Shown here one piece after another: positions 1 through 9,648 of a DNA stretch of 64,000 nucleotides. Made by a program: the position numbers and the translations under genes. Below the pieces are notes generated by a model that was not told where the DNA came from, searched no databases, and saw nothing but the letters and a program-made list of their open reading frames with translations. The stretch is taken from sequence record PP496441.1. One strand, written 5' to 3'. Position 1 is the stretch's first letter; each line of letters starts with the position of its first letter.

Positions 1-22
1 TAGTGATTCCCTCGATGGAGTG

Positions 23-211
23 TTAAGCCTGAACTTGTTCAGTAACCTTGCCCGGCAACGGGTAGGTCAACTGATCACGATCCAGACGTTTCAGGACGCC
101 GAGCGGCGGCAGGGTAACGGAATCTTTTCCCTCTGGACCATAGGCCAGCTGGATGGGGTGCTTCGCCGTCGAATACAGATTGACGTAAACTTTTTCTTGA
201 TCAGACATCAC
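23..211 (-). CDS. small hypothetical protein, head/neck operon
   Basis: 62-aa ORF co-oriented with and directly downstream of the 228-aa structural ORF. Confidence 0.6.
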   Translation of the reverse strand: MMSDQEKVYVNLYSTAKHPIQLAYGPEGKDSVTLPPLGVLKRLDRDQLTYPLPGKVTEQVQA

Positions 212-226
212 ATCGTCTCCTAACCG

Positions 227-913
227 TTATGGCGTCGGGGTCAGATCTATTTCCTTGCGGAACAGTACCTCGCCCTTACCGTTTTCACCTTCATCAAGCT
301 GGGCAACGAAGATAATCTTCGAGCTGTTCTTGAGCTTCGTGTCGTACTTGCCCCCATCACTGGAGACATAACCGTGGACAGTGATGTCTACGTTGAACAC
401 GAACGCCGATACGTCCTGACCCGCCTTCGACTTGGGAGGCAATGTCAGGTCACCACCGACTTGAGACTCAATCGTGAACGGGATACCTCGGTACTCCAGC
501 GTGAAATCCAGCAGGCTTAAATGCTGCATGAACTTCGCGTCACTGATGAACTTTAGCGCCTTCAGGTAATCGTCGGTAGCGAACTCCAGAACCATACCCA
601 TTGTAACCGGGATGATACTGATTGCGTACTCTCGATCCCCCTCGTTGATGGCAAAGCGATTAACAATCCCTCGCGCTGTCACATTGGGGCGGTGTCGATT
701 GGAATCACCTACGGTGCCGTAAGTCAGATAAGCGAAAGGGAACGTGGGTGCCTTTTCCCTTTTCTGAACGAACACATCGTAAGCTTCTTCCCGCGTTCGA
801 ATCATGACGCTGCCTTTAGCTAGGTCCAGCCCTTCTTCGACACGACGGCATACACCCGCCAAGACGAACACCTCGATGGGCTTGATCCTTGTACTTGCTG
901 AAGACTTAGCCAT
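227..913 (-). CDS. putative virion structural protein (neck/tail-completion-like)
   Basis: 228 aa, beta-rich, GAGG SD, directly downstream of the MCP; function inferred from position only. Confidence 0.55.
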   Translation of the reverse strand: MAKSSASTRIKPIEVFVLAGVCRRVEEGLDLAKGSVMIRTREEAYDVFVQKREKAPTFPFAYLTYGTVGDSNRHRPNVTARGIVNRFAINEGDREYAISIIPVTMGMVLEFATDDYLKALKFISDAKFMQHLSLLDFTLEYRGIPFTIESQVGGDLTLPPKSKAGQDVSAFVFNVDITVHGYVSSDGGKYDTKLKNSSKIIFVAQLDEGENGKGEVLFRKEIDLTPTP

Positions 914-924
914 TTTCTACCTCG

Positions 925-962
925 AAAAAAAGGGTGGGTGGGCGGTAACACCCACCCACCCT
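925..962 (-). terminator. intrinsic terminator after MCP
   Basis: perfect 11-bp stem GGGTGGGTGGG/CCCACCCACCC followed by a T7 tract on the minus strand. Confidence 0.85.
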
Positions 963-983
963 ATATCACCTGACGTGCTGTGG

Positions 984-2072
984 TTACTGGCGGATAGCCT
1001 TAGTCACAGTGCGAGAGTTGATGATGGACATCGCGGTCAGCTGGCTCATGGTCCAACCACGACCTGGGAAGCGCTCGGTGGTCTCGTCGATAGGGCGAGC
1101 CTCGATGCCATCACGGTCGGAGTACACACCATGGTTCTCTGGCGAGGAAACCACGTACATCTCGCCACGGCCCAGCACCTTGTGCTGCGAATGACGGAAC
1201 TGGTCAGTGATCACTTCCAGGCCGTACACGTTGCCGATGTTGCCGGTTTGAATCAGCTCTTCGGCGTACGAGGTGGCGTTGAAAGTGTTGACCCAGCTTT
1301 CTTCGCTGATGATGTCGGTCAGGATGTCCGACGAGATCAACCAGAATGCCGCTGGCAGGCCCCACTGGGTGATGTTACTCACCATGTTGGCCAGAGCGCG
1401 GGTGGTCACTTGACCGGCGAGGATGGTCTGCTCGTTGGCTACGCCGACCGACGCATCGGCCAGACGTTTCCACAGGCGGTCTTCCGCAACCATGAACGCT
1501 TCCAGCGTGGAGATGTACGTACGGTCGAGCAGAGTGGCCGGGCCGCGAGCCAGGTCTTTCTGTTCGATGTACGGACGCGCTTGGAGGTAAAACTCTTGCG
1601 GGTAGTACACGTTGTCGCGAACCAGGTGGGTCGCAACTTGGGCAGGACCAGTCGAGAGGACCGCGACGGACTGCTTCATGTCCACGGTGACTTTCGGCTC
1701 TTGGCCTTGTTCCAGTTCCATGCGTTGCAGCAGACGACGTGCGAAGCCGTCACGGTTGCCGGTCACTTGCATCTCGGCGGCGAACACTTCGCCCAGTGCA
1801 ACCAGCTCTTCCTTGCTGGCGAATGCGGCTTCAACCATCTCACGCTTGCGAGCGGCAGCAGCCGAAGCAGTTTCAACCTGCTTCTCGGTGGTCAGCTGGT
1901 GACCGCTCTTGGCCGCAGCTGCGAGGGTTTGGAGCATGCCGAACAATTCTTTGTTCGAACTGGCGTTGAACTCGCCGTTCTGGCCAACCAGCTTACCTCC
2001 GCCTGCCATGGACAGTTCGGTGATGATGCTCGGACGGCTGACGGACAGCCCTTTAAGTTGCAATGCTTTCAT
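984..2072 (-). CDS. major capsid protein (HK97-fold)
   Basis: 362 aa, strongly biased codons, strong terminator downstream, HK97-like C-terminal segment (GNIGNVYGLEVITD), follows decoration and scaffold-like genes. Confidence 0.75.
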   Translation of the reverse strand: MKALQLKGLSVSRPSIITELSMAGGGKLVGQNGEFNASSNKELFGMLQTLAAAAKSGHQLTTEKQVETASAAAARKREMVEAAFASKEELVALGEVFAAEMQVTGNRDGFARRLLQRMELEQGQEPKVTVDMKQSVAVLSTGPAQVATHLVRDNVYYPQEFYLQARPYIEQKDLARGPATLLDRTYISTLEAFMVAEDRLWKRLADASVGVANEQTILAGQVTTRALANMVSNITQWGLPAAFWLISSDILTDIISEESWVNTFNATSYAEELIQTGNIGNVYGLEVITDQFRHSQHKVLGRGEMYVVSSPENHGVYSDRDGIEARPIDETTERFPGRGWTMSQLTAMSIINSRTVTKAIRQ

Positions 2073-2135
2073 GAGGTTTTAATCCTGTGCAGGAAAATCA
2101 GAAGACCTTGTCTGTATTGATAAGGCTAACTAGCC

Positions 2136-2843
2136 TTACAGCAGGACCAGTTTCAGGAACGGATAGCCTTCATCCGGGCCTTTCAGAACAGCGACGCCTT
2201 GCAGCACGGTGCCGTTGCCACCGCTGGTGAACAGGCCGTTCGCGCCGAGGGTGACCACGGTCTCAGGGGACCAGTCAACGTTGGTGTCGAATTCGGAAGT
2301 CGCCAGTTCGCCTTTGGTGATGGCGGTGGTAATCCCGAGGAAAGCAGCGGCGGTGCGACCAGCGGACTGTTCGCCTTGCAGCGAAGCAGCTTCTACGACG
2401 GTCGGGGTGTAGCGATAGCCAGCCTGAATCGCTTGGTCTTTCTGTGCAGCGTTCAGCGTGACGGTCTTGCCGTCCGACGCGAGGCTGAACTTACCAGCGG
2501 TGGCAGCATCACCAGCGGCCAGCGTGGTCTTGGTGCCGTTGGCAGCAGTAGCTACCAGGCGCAGCGAACCGGCGTCGGCGACAGCCTTGTCCAGCACCAG
2601 AGTAGTGCTGTTACGGTTGGCTTCGAAACCTTGCAGCTTCGGCAGGAAGTCCGGGAACTGGGTCTGGTTGATGTTGATGCCGAAGAAGCGCTCACCGGCA
2701 ACACCAGTGGAGGGCTTGACTGCCAACTCACCGTCAGCGCCGGTAGTGATAACCAGAGCGCAACCTTCGTTGGTCAATTCGATCCCTTCCGCCACTTGGA
2801 CAGGTTGGGATTCGCGCAGATGAACGACGTCGAAACTGAGCAT
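2136..2843 (-). CDS. probable head decoration/structural protein
   Basis: 235 aa Ala/Gly/Thr-rich beta protein between scaffold and MCP, highly expressed codon style. Confidence 0.55.
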   Translation of the reverse strand: MLSFDVVHLRESQPVQVAEGIELTNEGCALVITTGADGELAVKPSTGVAGERFFGININQTQFPDFLPKLQGFEANRNSTTLVLDKAVADAGSLRLVATAANGTKTTLAAGDAATAGKFSLASDGKTVTLNAAQKDQAIQAGYRYTPTVVEAASLQGEQSAGRTAAAFLGITTAITKGELATSEFDTNVDWSPETVVTLGANGLFTSGGNGTVLQGVAVLKGPDEGYPFLKLVLL

Positions 2844-2904
2844 GGTACGTTCCTCAAAGGAAGGATAGATAAAAACGGATGACTGTCTCGGGTTGAATCA
2901 ACCC

Positions 2905-4434
2905 TTAACTGATGCGGAACAGTCCGCCTTGAGCGAGTTCACGCACACGCGAGTTTCCCTTCTGAACAGGTTCATTCAGGAAGGAAGCGGTGGTTACCTG
3001 GCGCAACGGGGTCTCGAGTTGGGTTTCCAGCTGCGCAGTAGAAGCCTGACGGCCATTGCTGCGAGTCGAGGAACCTACCGGAGTAGTGGACGCGATGGTT
3101 TCCGCCAGATCATTCAGGCTGCTCGGGTCACGGGCTGCCAGTGTCTGAGCCAGCGCGAGGACGTTTTGGTTATGTTCGTCTTCGGTTTCGGCCAAAGCGC
3201 TCTCAACCATGGCTTGCGCGTTCTGTACACCAGCGGTGGTCAGATCGGCAATCAGGCGTTCCTTCACTTTGTGTGGGGTGTTGCGGAAGAACCCACGGGT
3301 CATACCAGCTGTCGCCAGCTGAAGGCCATGCAGCAGTCGTTCGGTCTGATCGCCAACGGTGTCGGCGACTTCGGCGGCAGCGACAGCCTTAGCCTTTTCT
3401 TGCACGAATGCCATCGCCATCGCGGCAGGGGCCTTGAAGCTGTTACGCTGGAAGCCGTAGCTAGCCAGAGTTGCGTCCAAGCCGTCCTTGTTGAACGTCT
3501 GGGCGATTGCTTCCATGTAAGCTGGCTCGCCGAAGATATCGGCGTTGGCGGTTTCTGCGGTCTTGTGCAGGACAGCCACGGTCTGATCGTTGACGTTAGC
3601 CAAGATCTTGCCGTTCAGCGGGATGAATTCAGCAGTCGCGTTTTCACTCAGGCCAACCGAGGACAGCGCTTCGAGAACGTCGATGTTCATATCTTCGGGC
3701 TCGTCACATTGGTCGGGATTCTGCGTGGACTGGATGACTTCGGCTTCTTCAACCGGTTCGTCTTCCGACTCCTCTTCTTCCTCGTCATCAGCTTCGGCGG
3801 ATGCAACCACCGGCTTCTGCTTCGGCATGATGATCATCGGATTGTCCTCGGCGGAAGCTTCTTCCTCCAAGTCCTCGTCAGACTCATTCGATTCGTCGTC
3901 TTCCAGTTCTTCGTCGTCGGCGCTGGTGTCGTCATCGCTTAGATCCGAATCGTCTTCCGACTCTTCTTCATCATCGGCGCTGGCTTCTTCGGCGGGTTGA
4001 TCGCCGTCCCATGCCCAATCGGCGTTCGCGTCTTCTTCGTCGGTAGCAGTGGTATCATCCTCTGCACCTGCGAGAGTTACGCTGGGGTTCAGTACCATCC
4101 CCGTACCGCATTCAACACAGCAGATCTCTACGTGGCCTTCTTTGTTCACCGGCATTTGCGCCAGCTCTTCATCGAACATCACGTTAGCCACGGTGCACTG
4201 ACGGCACTGCGCGCTGGTAAGGCTATCTTCTTCCGACTGGTTAAAGACGGAAGCAGTGATTGCCTCAGCACGCTGTTTCATGGCTGGACTGCCGCAGTGA
4301 CCGCAGAACGGATCGCACCCCGCCAACGCTACCGTTTCCTCTTTGCAGTGACCGCACTGGTATGAAGCCAGTACAGCCTGCTTGAGGCTACGCATGGTTG
4401 GGGCGTGAGAAGCGATCATGGTGAGCTTCGGCAT
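2905..4434 (-). CDS. prohead scaffold/core-like protein with N-terminal Zn-finger motifs and long acidic linker
   Basis: start reassigned to ATG 4434 (AGAGGAG SD); four CxxC motifs, ~90-aa D/E tract, helical Ala-rich C-terminus; upstream of MCP. Confidence 0.6.
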   Translation of the reverse strand: MPKLTMIASHAPTMRSLKQAVLASYQCGHCKEETVALAGCDPFCGHCGSPAMKQRAEAITASVFNQSEEDSLTSAQCRQCTVANVMFDEELAQMPVNKEGHVEICCVECGTGMVLNPSVTLAGAEDDTTATDEEDANADWAWDGDQPAEEASADDEEESEDDSDLSDDDTSADDEELEDDESNESDEDLEEEASAEDNPMIIMPKQKPVVASAEADDEEEEESEDEPVEEAEVIQSTQNPDQCDEPEDMNIDVLEALSSVGLSENATAEFIPLNGKILANVNDQTVAVLHKTAETANADIFGEPAYMEAIAQTFNKDGLDATLASYGFQRNSFKAPAAMAMAFVQEKAKAVAAAEVADTVGDQTERLLHGLQLATAGMTRGFFRNTPHKVKERLIADLTTAGVQNAQAMVESALAETEDEHNQNVLALAQTLAARDPSSLNDLAETIASTTPVGSSTRSNGRQASTAQLETQLETPLRQVTTASFLNEPVQKGNSRVRELAQGGLFRIS

Positions 4435-4761
4435 GCGAAGTGCTCCTCTTGCTGTCAATGGGCTGCTACACACTATAAGCATGAGCAGATCTTCGAGCAG
4501 GCCACCTCGACGGCCCCTGCTACGGTAAACTCGGATTCACCCCTCCACGCGTATATAACGTTTTGGGAACAATTCAAATTACATACGACCAGAGTGCCAT
4601 GGTGTCCATACCTGCGTCAAAACGCCCGTTTGCCATCATGTCGGGATATGCCCAGCCATATGAGTGCTAAGTTATTGATTACCTTGACAATTTATTAGGG
4701 GGTATGTGGCCCCCTAATTCATGGAAATTAAGGTATTTTGGCTATATCTGCGTCAAAGTGC

Positions 4762-4790
4762 TTGACAAACGCTGCCAGGCCCTGTATACT
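4762..4790 (+). promoter_or_regulatory. sigma70-type early promoter
   Basis: TTGACA-17-TATACT with extended TG. Confidence 0.85.
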
Positions 4791-4853
4791 GCACGGGCGA
4801 GCTACTATTCCAGCCCGCTACGTCCATGCCCACCGGGGCACGAAGGAACCAAC

Positions 4854-5330
4854 ATGAAGAGCATGATTCGCCGCAAAGATGGGTTTTACACGGAGTTGTT
4901 GGCCGGTGCTAAAGACCCTGTCGCCCTTTCCAAGACTGCATTCAACCGTGGACTGACCCGGATCGTTGCATCTATTACGAGCAGTGTTAAGCTGCGGTAC
5001 GTAGTAGATTCCGAAACCGGTGATGCGGAATACCGGGTGAGAGTGAAGTTTCAGAAAAGCCAGTTGACCCGCAAGGGTACTCCGGCTATCAAGGTGGGAC
5101 GGGTACTGGTTCCTGTTGATCTCGACAGCATTGCAGTACATTGCACGTGTCAGGACTTTCGATTCACCTGGTACACCTATTTGAAGAACTCTGGGCACGC
5201 TGCCGGTTGGTTCAAGCAGGTGGAGTTGAAAGGATCTGGCCGCACTCGGGAAGCTGACCACGCAGGTTGCTGCAAACACGTCGCCGGTGTACTGGCAATG
5301 GTTGAGCAGAACGTTATCGTCAAGCTGTGA
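4854..5330 (+). CDS. SWIM zinc-finger protein
   Basis: HCTCQDF...CCKHV matches the SWIM CxC-xn-CxH pattern; start 4854 after GAAGGA. Confidence 0.7.
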   Translation: MKSMIRRKDGFYTELLAGAKDPVALSKTAFNRGLTRIVASITSSVKLRYVVDSETGDAEYRVRVKFQKSQLTRKGTPAIKVGRVLVPVDLDSIAVHCTCQDFRFTWYTYLKNSGHAAGWFKQVELKGSGRTREADHAGCCKHVAGVLAMVEQNVIVKL

Positions 5331-5365
5331 CCCAGATGCAGTGAGTGTTACATGATAGAGAAAAT

Positions 5366-5400
5366 AAAACCCCACCGGTTCGCGCCGTGTGGGGTTTTTT
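5366..5400. terminator. bidirectional intrinsic terminator
   Basis: AAAACCCCAC...GTGGGGTTTTTT between convergent genes. Confidence 0.85.
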
Positions 5401-5417
5401 ATGTCTGAAATTCAATC

Positions 5418-8204
5418 TTAGGTAAAGTCTTTCTGTGCCAGCACCAGTGGAACGCCGACAGTATCCAGTGCTATCTGTGTGAACTCCTTCAATTCTGATC
5501 TGGTAAGCTTCCGGCTCAGCATCACCCCATCGTGCTCTTGTGCTACCACGATGTCTTTGTGTCGCATGTTGAACTCTATCATCACCGCTTGCTCCATACC
5601 GCAGGTGATGAAGTGCAGCAGCTTCGACTTCTCCTTTTGTGTCGTCCACCCATTCAGCAGCTTGTCCGTGTAGAAGAATGCAACGGACCCCAGAGCATTG
5701 CGTACGCTCACTGCGCTGGCGGTAGCATTGTCTGGATCAAGCCCCGCATCCTTGATTGATCTGGACAGCGACTTGTACAGGAAGTAGTTCTGCTTGGCGA
5801 TCAGGTCTCGATTGACCGGCAGCTTGACGTGTTCAGTTACCTTGTAGTCCGGGTGTGCAAGGATCATGCTGGGCAATGCCTGCATCGTCCTGATCACGGG
5901 GAAGATCAACCGGTTGGTGGTGTAGATCAAAGCGATTGCCAGCTCCATCATCTTAATCTTGAGGGCTTGCACGTGGCTCTCGTTCAACTCCAGTTCAATC
6001 GGTGCAACCAAACCACGGATAAGTTTGTCTATGGTGTCGGGCACCACGGAAGATTTCAGGATGGACTCATGCGATGTCTTGAGGCTGGACCCGTACATGA
6101 CGGACAGGAACATCAGCTTGCAGACTCCGTCGATAACCCGGATGAACTCCTTCTCCTTGCGCCACGTTTGACCCATCGTCCCCCCTGCGCTTTTCCATAC
6201 CTGATGCAGCACCAGTCGGTCATTCCATCTTGACTCACTTCCAGACCACTTCGGTGCGCCGTATACCCCAGCTCTCCATGGGTTCCGTACCATGACCAGC
6301 GCCGACTCCAGCAGCCCTTTGAATCCGGAGTCTTCCATCTCAGTCAGCACATGATCCGTCCACGTCTTGGATTCGTACATGCCGAAGATGGTCAACGCAC
6401 TATCCACGTCCCGGTCCGTGAGAAACACCTTCCCGTATTCGTCTATCGTCTCGACCAGTTCCTTGCGATACTTCTTGACCAGCCCACCGATCAACATCGG
6501 GTGGCAAGATTTGACATCGTAGTTGACGTATCCACTCTTGGTGAGGATCACCTGCTTGAGTTGGTTGGGCAGCGAACCAAAGCCCACCGGGGAGTTTATC
6601 CGGGGCGAGCGCAAGGTGGTGAAGTGATGTGCACGGTGCATTACGATCTGGTTGTGGCGGTCGCTGCTTCCTTGCTGACACCCCAAGTTCTCCGGGTTGA
6701 TCATGCGGGCCAGCGTACGGAAGGCTCCGGAGGATATGGCATCACCTGACGTGTGGTGCATCCAGCTCAGTTCCGCCAGCAGATCGTTTACGGGTAGGCG
6801 CACGCTCTTGGTGGACAGCATGCGGATATAGGCCTTCACGTTGACCGGAACAACTGGCCGGGTCGAAAGGTTTATATTGTCGCTGATCTCCTTGTACGTC
6901 GGGTTGTTCACCACGCAAGACTGAACCATTGAGACACGGCGCATCATCGTGCACGCCTTGACCGGCACCTTCTTGTCATGGAACATGTACAGCTTGCCCG
7001 GCTGGCCGGTCAGGTTATCATTCGCCACCAAAGACTCACCGTAGGGCAGCTGAGAGCTGAATACCATTACTGCCTGCCCCCGTTCGGCGAACGCGTAGAT
7101 CGCATTAGGCAGTACCCGGTTGCTACCCTTCAGATTGGTTAGCCAGCGGCCCAGCGGTTTAACGTCACGAGGCCGGCCCATCAAACGCCCATGCAGGTAG
7201 GCATCAACCTTATCCATGTACGAGTCAACGAACTGGGTGACCACAGGACCAGGTTCGAACGTGAACGTCTTGTGCTTCCAGTAATCTGCTTCCGTGGTTA
7301 CGGCCATCAGCCCCATGGTCTCCAGCACAGCGCGCACGGTATCCCAGTGATACGTCATCTGACCTTTCTTCGATCCTTCGATGTTCCGCCAGTTGATCAG
7401 ATTGTTGAACCGTTTTTCACCTTGATGCGAGCCGAGCCCGTAGCCTTCCTTGACCTGATCCTTCTTTATCGCGAACTGGGTATCGTGGCTATGATCCAGA
7501 TCAACGTGAAGGAACCGGGAAACAGACCGAGCGTGGTTCAGTTCCATGGGGAACGCCAGCTTGTTGGTCAGGTCCTTGGGGTTGAACGCAGGGTTCCATT
7601 GAAAGCCGTCCTTCGAGGTTCCCTTGTGTACGGCGGACACTAGATGCCGGGCCATTGAGTCGCGGGAGTCGAAGTGGCCTTTGTCGTTCACCTTATCCAG
7701 CAGCATGGGATATGCCACGACAAGGCGGGCGATCAGGAAGGCGAAGCAGTAGGCAGCAGACGGACCGGGCGCACAGTTGCGCTCCGCCATCTTCTGGAGG
7801 AAGGTTTCGTATTGATCAAGGATGAAGTAGCCCAGACCGGGGGTGACCGCTACCGGCAGGCCGACGACGCGGCTGTCCAGCCAGCTTTTGCCGCTAGGGT
7901 ACAGGTTATGCTTGGGGTTCAGCGAAGGTTCAACCACCATCATCCGCACATAGGGGACGTAGGACTGCACCCATTCAACGTTGGATTGATCTTTAGCTTC
8001 GGGGAAGTCACGGGTTACCTTTCCCACTTTGGCAATGAGATCAGTATTGAAGCGCCCTACATCCTTTACCTCAGGGGCCAGTGCGGGGTTTAGTCGAGCC
8101 GTAGCCTTGATGATGGGTATTTGGTCATACACGGGATACAAGTCTAGGGGCTTGGACAGTATGCCTGCATATTCCTTTTCCGAGAGTGGGGTATAGTCAG
8201 CCAT
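5418..8204 (-). CDS. divergent family-A-polymerase-superfamily protein
   Basis: 928 aa; PRINSPVGFGSLP (GRLSS-like), motif A NYDVKSCHPMLI, motif B KLMFLSVMYG, motif C QEHDGVM; no 3'-5' exonuclease motifs seen. Confidence 0.6.
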   Translation of the reverse strand: MADYTPLSEKEYAGILSKPLDLYPVYDQIPIIKATARLNPALAPEVKDVGRFNTDLIAKVGKVTRDFPEAKDQSNVEWVQSYVPYVRMMVVEPSLNPKHNLYPSGKSWLDSRVVGLPVAVTPGLGYFILDQYETFLQKMAERNCAPGPSAAYCFAFLIARLVVAYPMLLDKVNDKGHFDSRDSMARHLVSAVHKGTSKDGFQWNPAFNPKDLTNKLAFPMELNHARSVSRFLHVDLDHSHDTQFAIKKDQVKEGYGLGSHQGEKRFNNLINWRNIEGSKKGQMTYHWDTVRAVLETMGLMAVTTEADYWKHKTFTFEPGPVVTQFVDSYMDKVDAYLHGRLMGRPRDVKPLGRWLTNLKGSNRVLPNAIYAFAERGQAVMVFSSQLPYGESLVANDNLTGQPGKLYMFHDKKVPVKACTMMRRVSMVQSCVVNNPTYKEISDNINLSTRPVVPVNVKAYIRMLSTKSVRLPVNDLLAELSWMHHTSGDAISSGAFRTLARMINPENLGCQQGSSDRHNQIVMHRAHHFTTLRSPRINSPVGFGSLPNQLKQVILTKSGYVNYDVKSCHPMLIGGLVKKYRKELVETIDEYGKVFLTDRDVDSALTIFGMYESKTWTDHVLTEMEDSGFKGLLESALVMVRNPWRAGVYGAPKWSGSESRWNDRLVLHQVWKSAGGTMGQTWRKEKEFIRVIDGVCKLMFLSVMYGSSLKTSHESILKSSVVPDTIDKLIRGLVAPIELELNESHVQALKIKMMELAIALIYTTNRLIFPVIRTMQALPSMILAHPDYKVTEHVKLPVNRDLIAKQNYFLYKSLSRSIKDAGLDPDNATASAVSVRNALGSVAFFYTDKLLNGWTTQKEKSKLLHFITCGMEQAVMIEFNMRHKDIVVAQEHDGVMLSRKLTRSELKEFTQIALDTVGVPLVLAQKDFT

Positions 8205-8978
8205 TGGATAGCTCGCGTATTACCGGAGTGAATGGAATTGGACGTTATCAGCCCATTTACCAGACTATATACAGAGTATCTTATGGGGGTTAAAAAGGAC
8301 CATCTTGCAATTATTTGGGTCATTAATTACCTTCCAGAACATAAACCTCTATCTGTGGATACGGGGGTAGTTAGCCCTAGATACATCCCTATTACCTGTG
8401 TATATTGCCCATGTAGACTCTATTCCCCTATCGGGAAGTATAACCTCGAAAAAGGTTCCTAGCTTGCATGGGCTGGCCCACCCACCCCCGTGACCCACCC
8501 GACCGCCCGGTTAAGGCCATACCTAGGGATTCCTTTCTCCCAGAGGGACCCCCAGCCGCCCATCCTTCCCCTGCTCCTCCCTTTCCTTCATCATCTACAC
8601 CCACCCAGCTATTGACTTACCATCTAGTGATCCTCCTTCCTCCAGCTTCTACATAGGCAGTTAGCTTCCCCATGCCTCTAAGCTCCTCCGCTTCATCATG
8701 CACTTATGCTCTGTAGTACTGATTCCCCACATGCCCGTGACTTATGCTCTGGTGTCAGTATTCCCAGCCTCCCAGGTGAAAAGGGTGTCCATGCGCTGGG
8801 GAGTTGTCCGGGGAATAGCGCCCGTGAATAGGGCTTCCAGGCGTGCGATATGGGGAGTTTTCCGGGGATGGATGAGTCAGTATGGCGGGGAATGGGGAAT
8901 GAAGCGCCTGCGAGCTTGTAGGAGCCCGTGGTTATTGGCTGGATACACGGGGCGGGGCGTGGGTTTCCTGCGGAGGTG
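8205..8978. other. long non-coding region, candidate replication origin or control region
   Basis: no ORF with phage-like codon usage; AT-rich block, then C/pyrimidine-rich block, then G-rich block; imperfect direct repeats at 8702 and 8741. Confidence 0.45.
8702..8768 (+). repeat. two imperfect 28-bp direct repeats (39-nt period)
   Basis: ACTTATGCTCTG-N8-ATTCCC at 8702 and 8741. Confidence 0.7.
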
Positions 8979-9012
8979 AAAAAGCCCGCACGGCTTGGGA
9001 CCGATACGGGCT
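8979..9012 (-). terminator. intrinsic terminator
   Basis: AGCCCG...CGGGCT-TTTTT on the minus strand. Confidence 0.75.
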
Positions 9013-9170
9013 CTGGTATTACTTGACTTACTCGGGATGCCTCACTTGTGGGTGACACACGAAGTCGATGGACTGCACTGGTAAGATGAGTGGCACCGTG
9101 CCCTTGTACTTGCGGATCAGCTGGACGTATATCTCACCGTCCCACTTGCCCAGCTCGTTCACCTGACTAA

Positions 9171-9614
9171 CTATCTCGTCGAGGGAGAGCCGAGTTGCCG
9201 CTGGCTCAGGATGATCTCGTACAGCTCGCCGCCCGGTTTCAACGTGTCGGGGTTCTCAGTGTGCAGCACCGCGATCAGATCCATGATGTCCGTGTTGTGT
9301 CCCAGTTCCGCCGACGGGATCATCTGGAATTCCTGACTCACGCCGGGGATCGGATCTTGCGGTCGGTACAGCGCGACCACCCTGCCTTTGCCCGGCTCGG
9401 CGCCCAGCTTGCTACCGTCTCGTCCCACCCACATCTCACGGGAGCCCGGCACACTAGCTGGCACGTATTCGATAGAACCTTCAGGGTAATGCGCGGAGAA
9501 CGTGGCAACGAACCACCGCGAACTGCCCTTGTAGCAGCGGAACGGTTTGGTCTCTCTGGCGTGACGGGTCAGTGGGTTGTTCATAGGCGTAGAGTGTTCG
9601 ACGATCAGTGACAT
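9171..9614 (-). CDS. hypothetical protein, possibly frameshifted into 9028-9170
   Basis: 147 aa with AAGAGGAA SD; the -1 frame continues coding-like to TAA at 9028. Confidence 0.65.
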   Translation of the reverse strand: MSLIVEHSTPMNNPLTRHARETKPFRCYKGSSRWFVATFSAHYPEGSIEYVPASVPGSREMWVGRDGSKLGAEPGKGRVVALYRPQDPIPGVSQEFQMIPSAELGHNTDIMDLIAVLHTENPDTLKPGGELYEIILSQRQLGSPSTR

Positions 9615-9648
9615 GGTGTATTCCTCTTCGGGGTAGTGGGGGCTGCGG

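Noticed and set aside
3700-4060. repetitive TCGTC/TCTTC-rich DNA
   Set aside because: It simply encodes the D/E tract of the scaffold-like protein; there are no constant-length repeat-spacer units, so it is not a CRISPR array.
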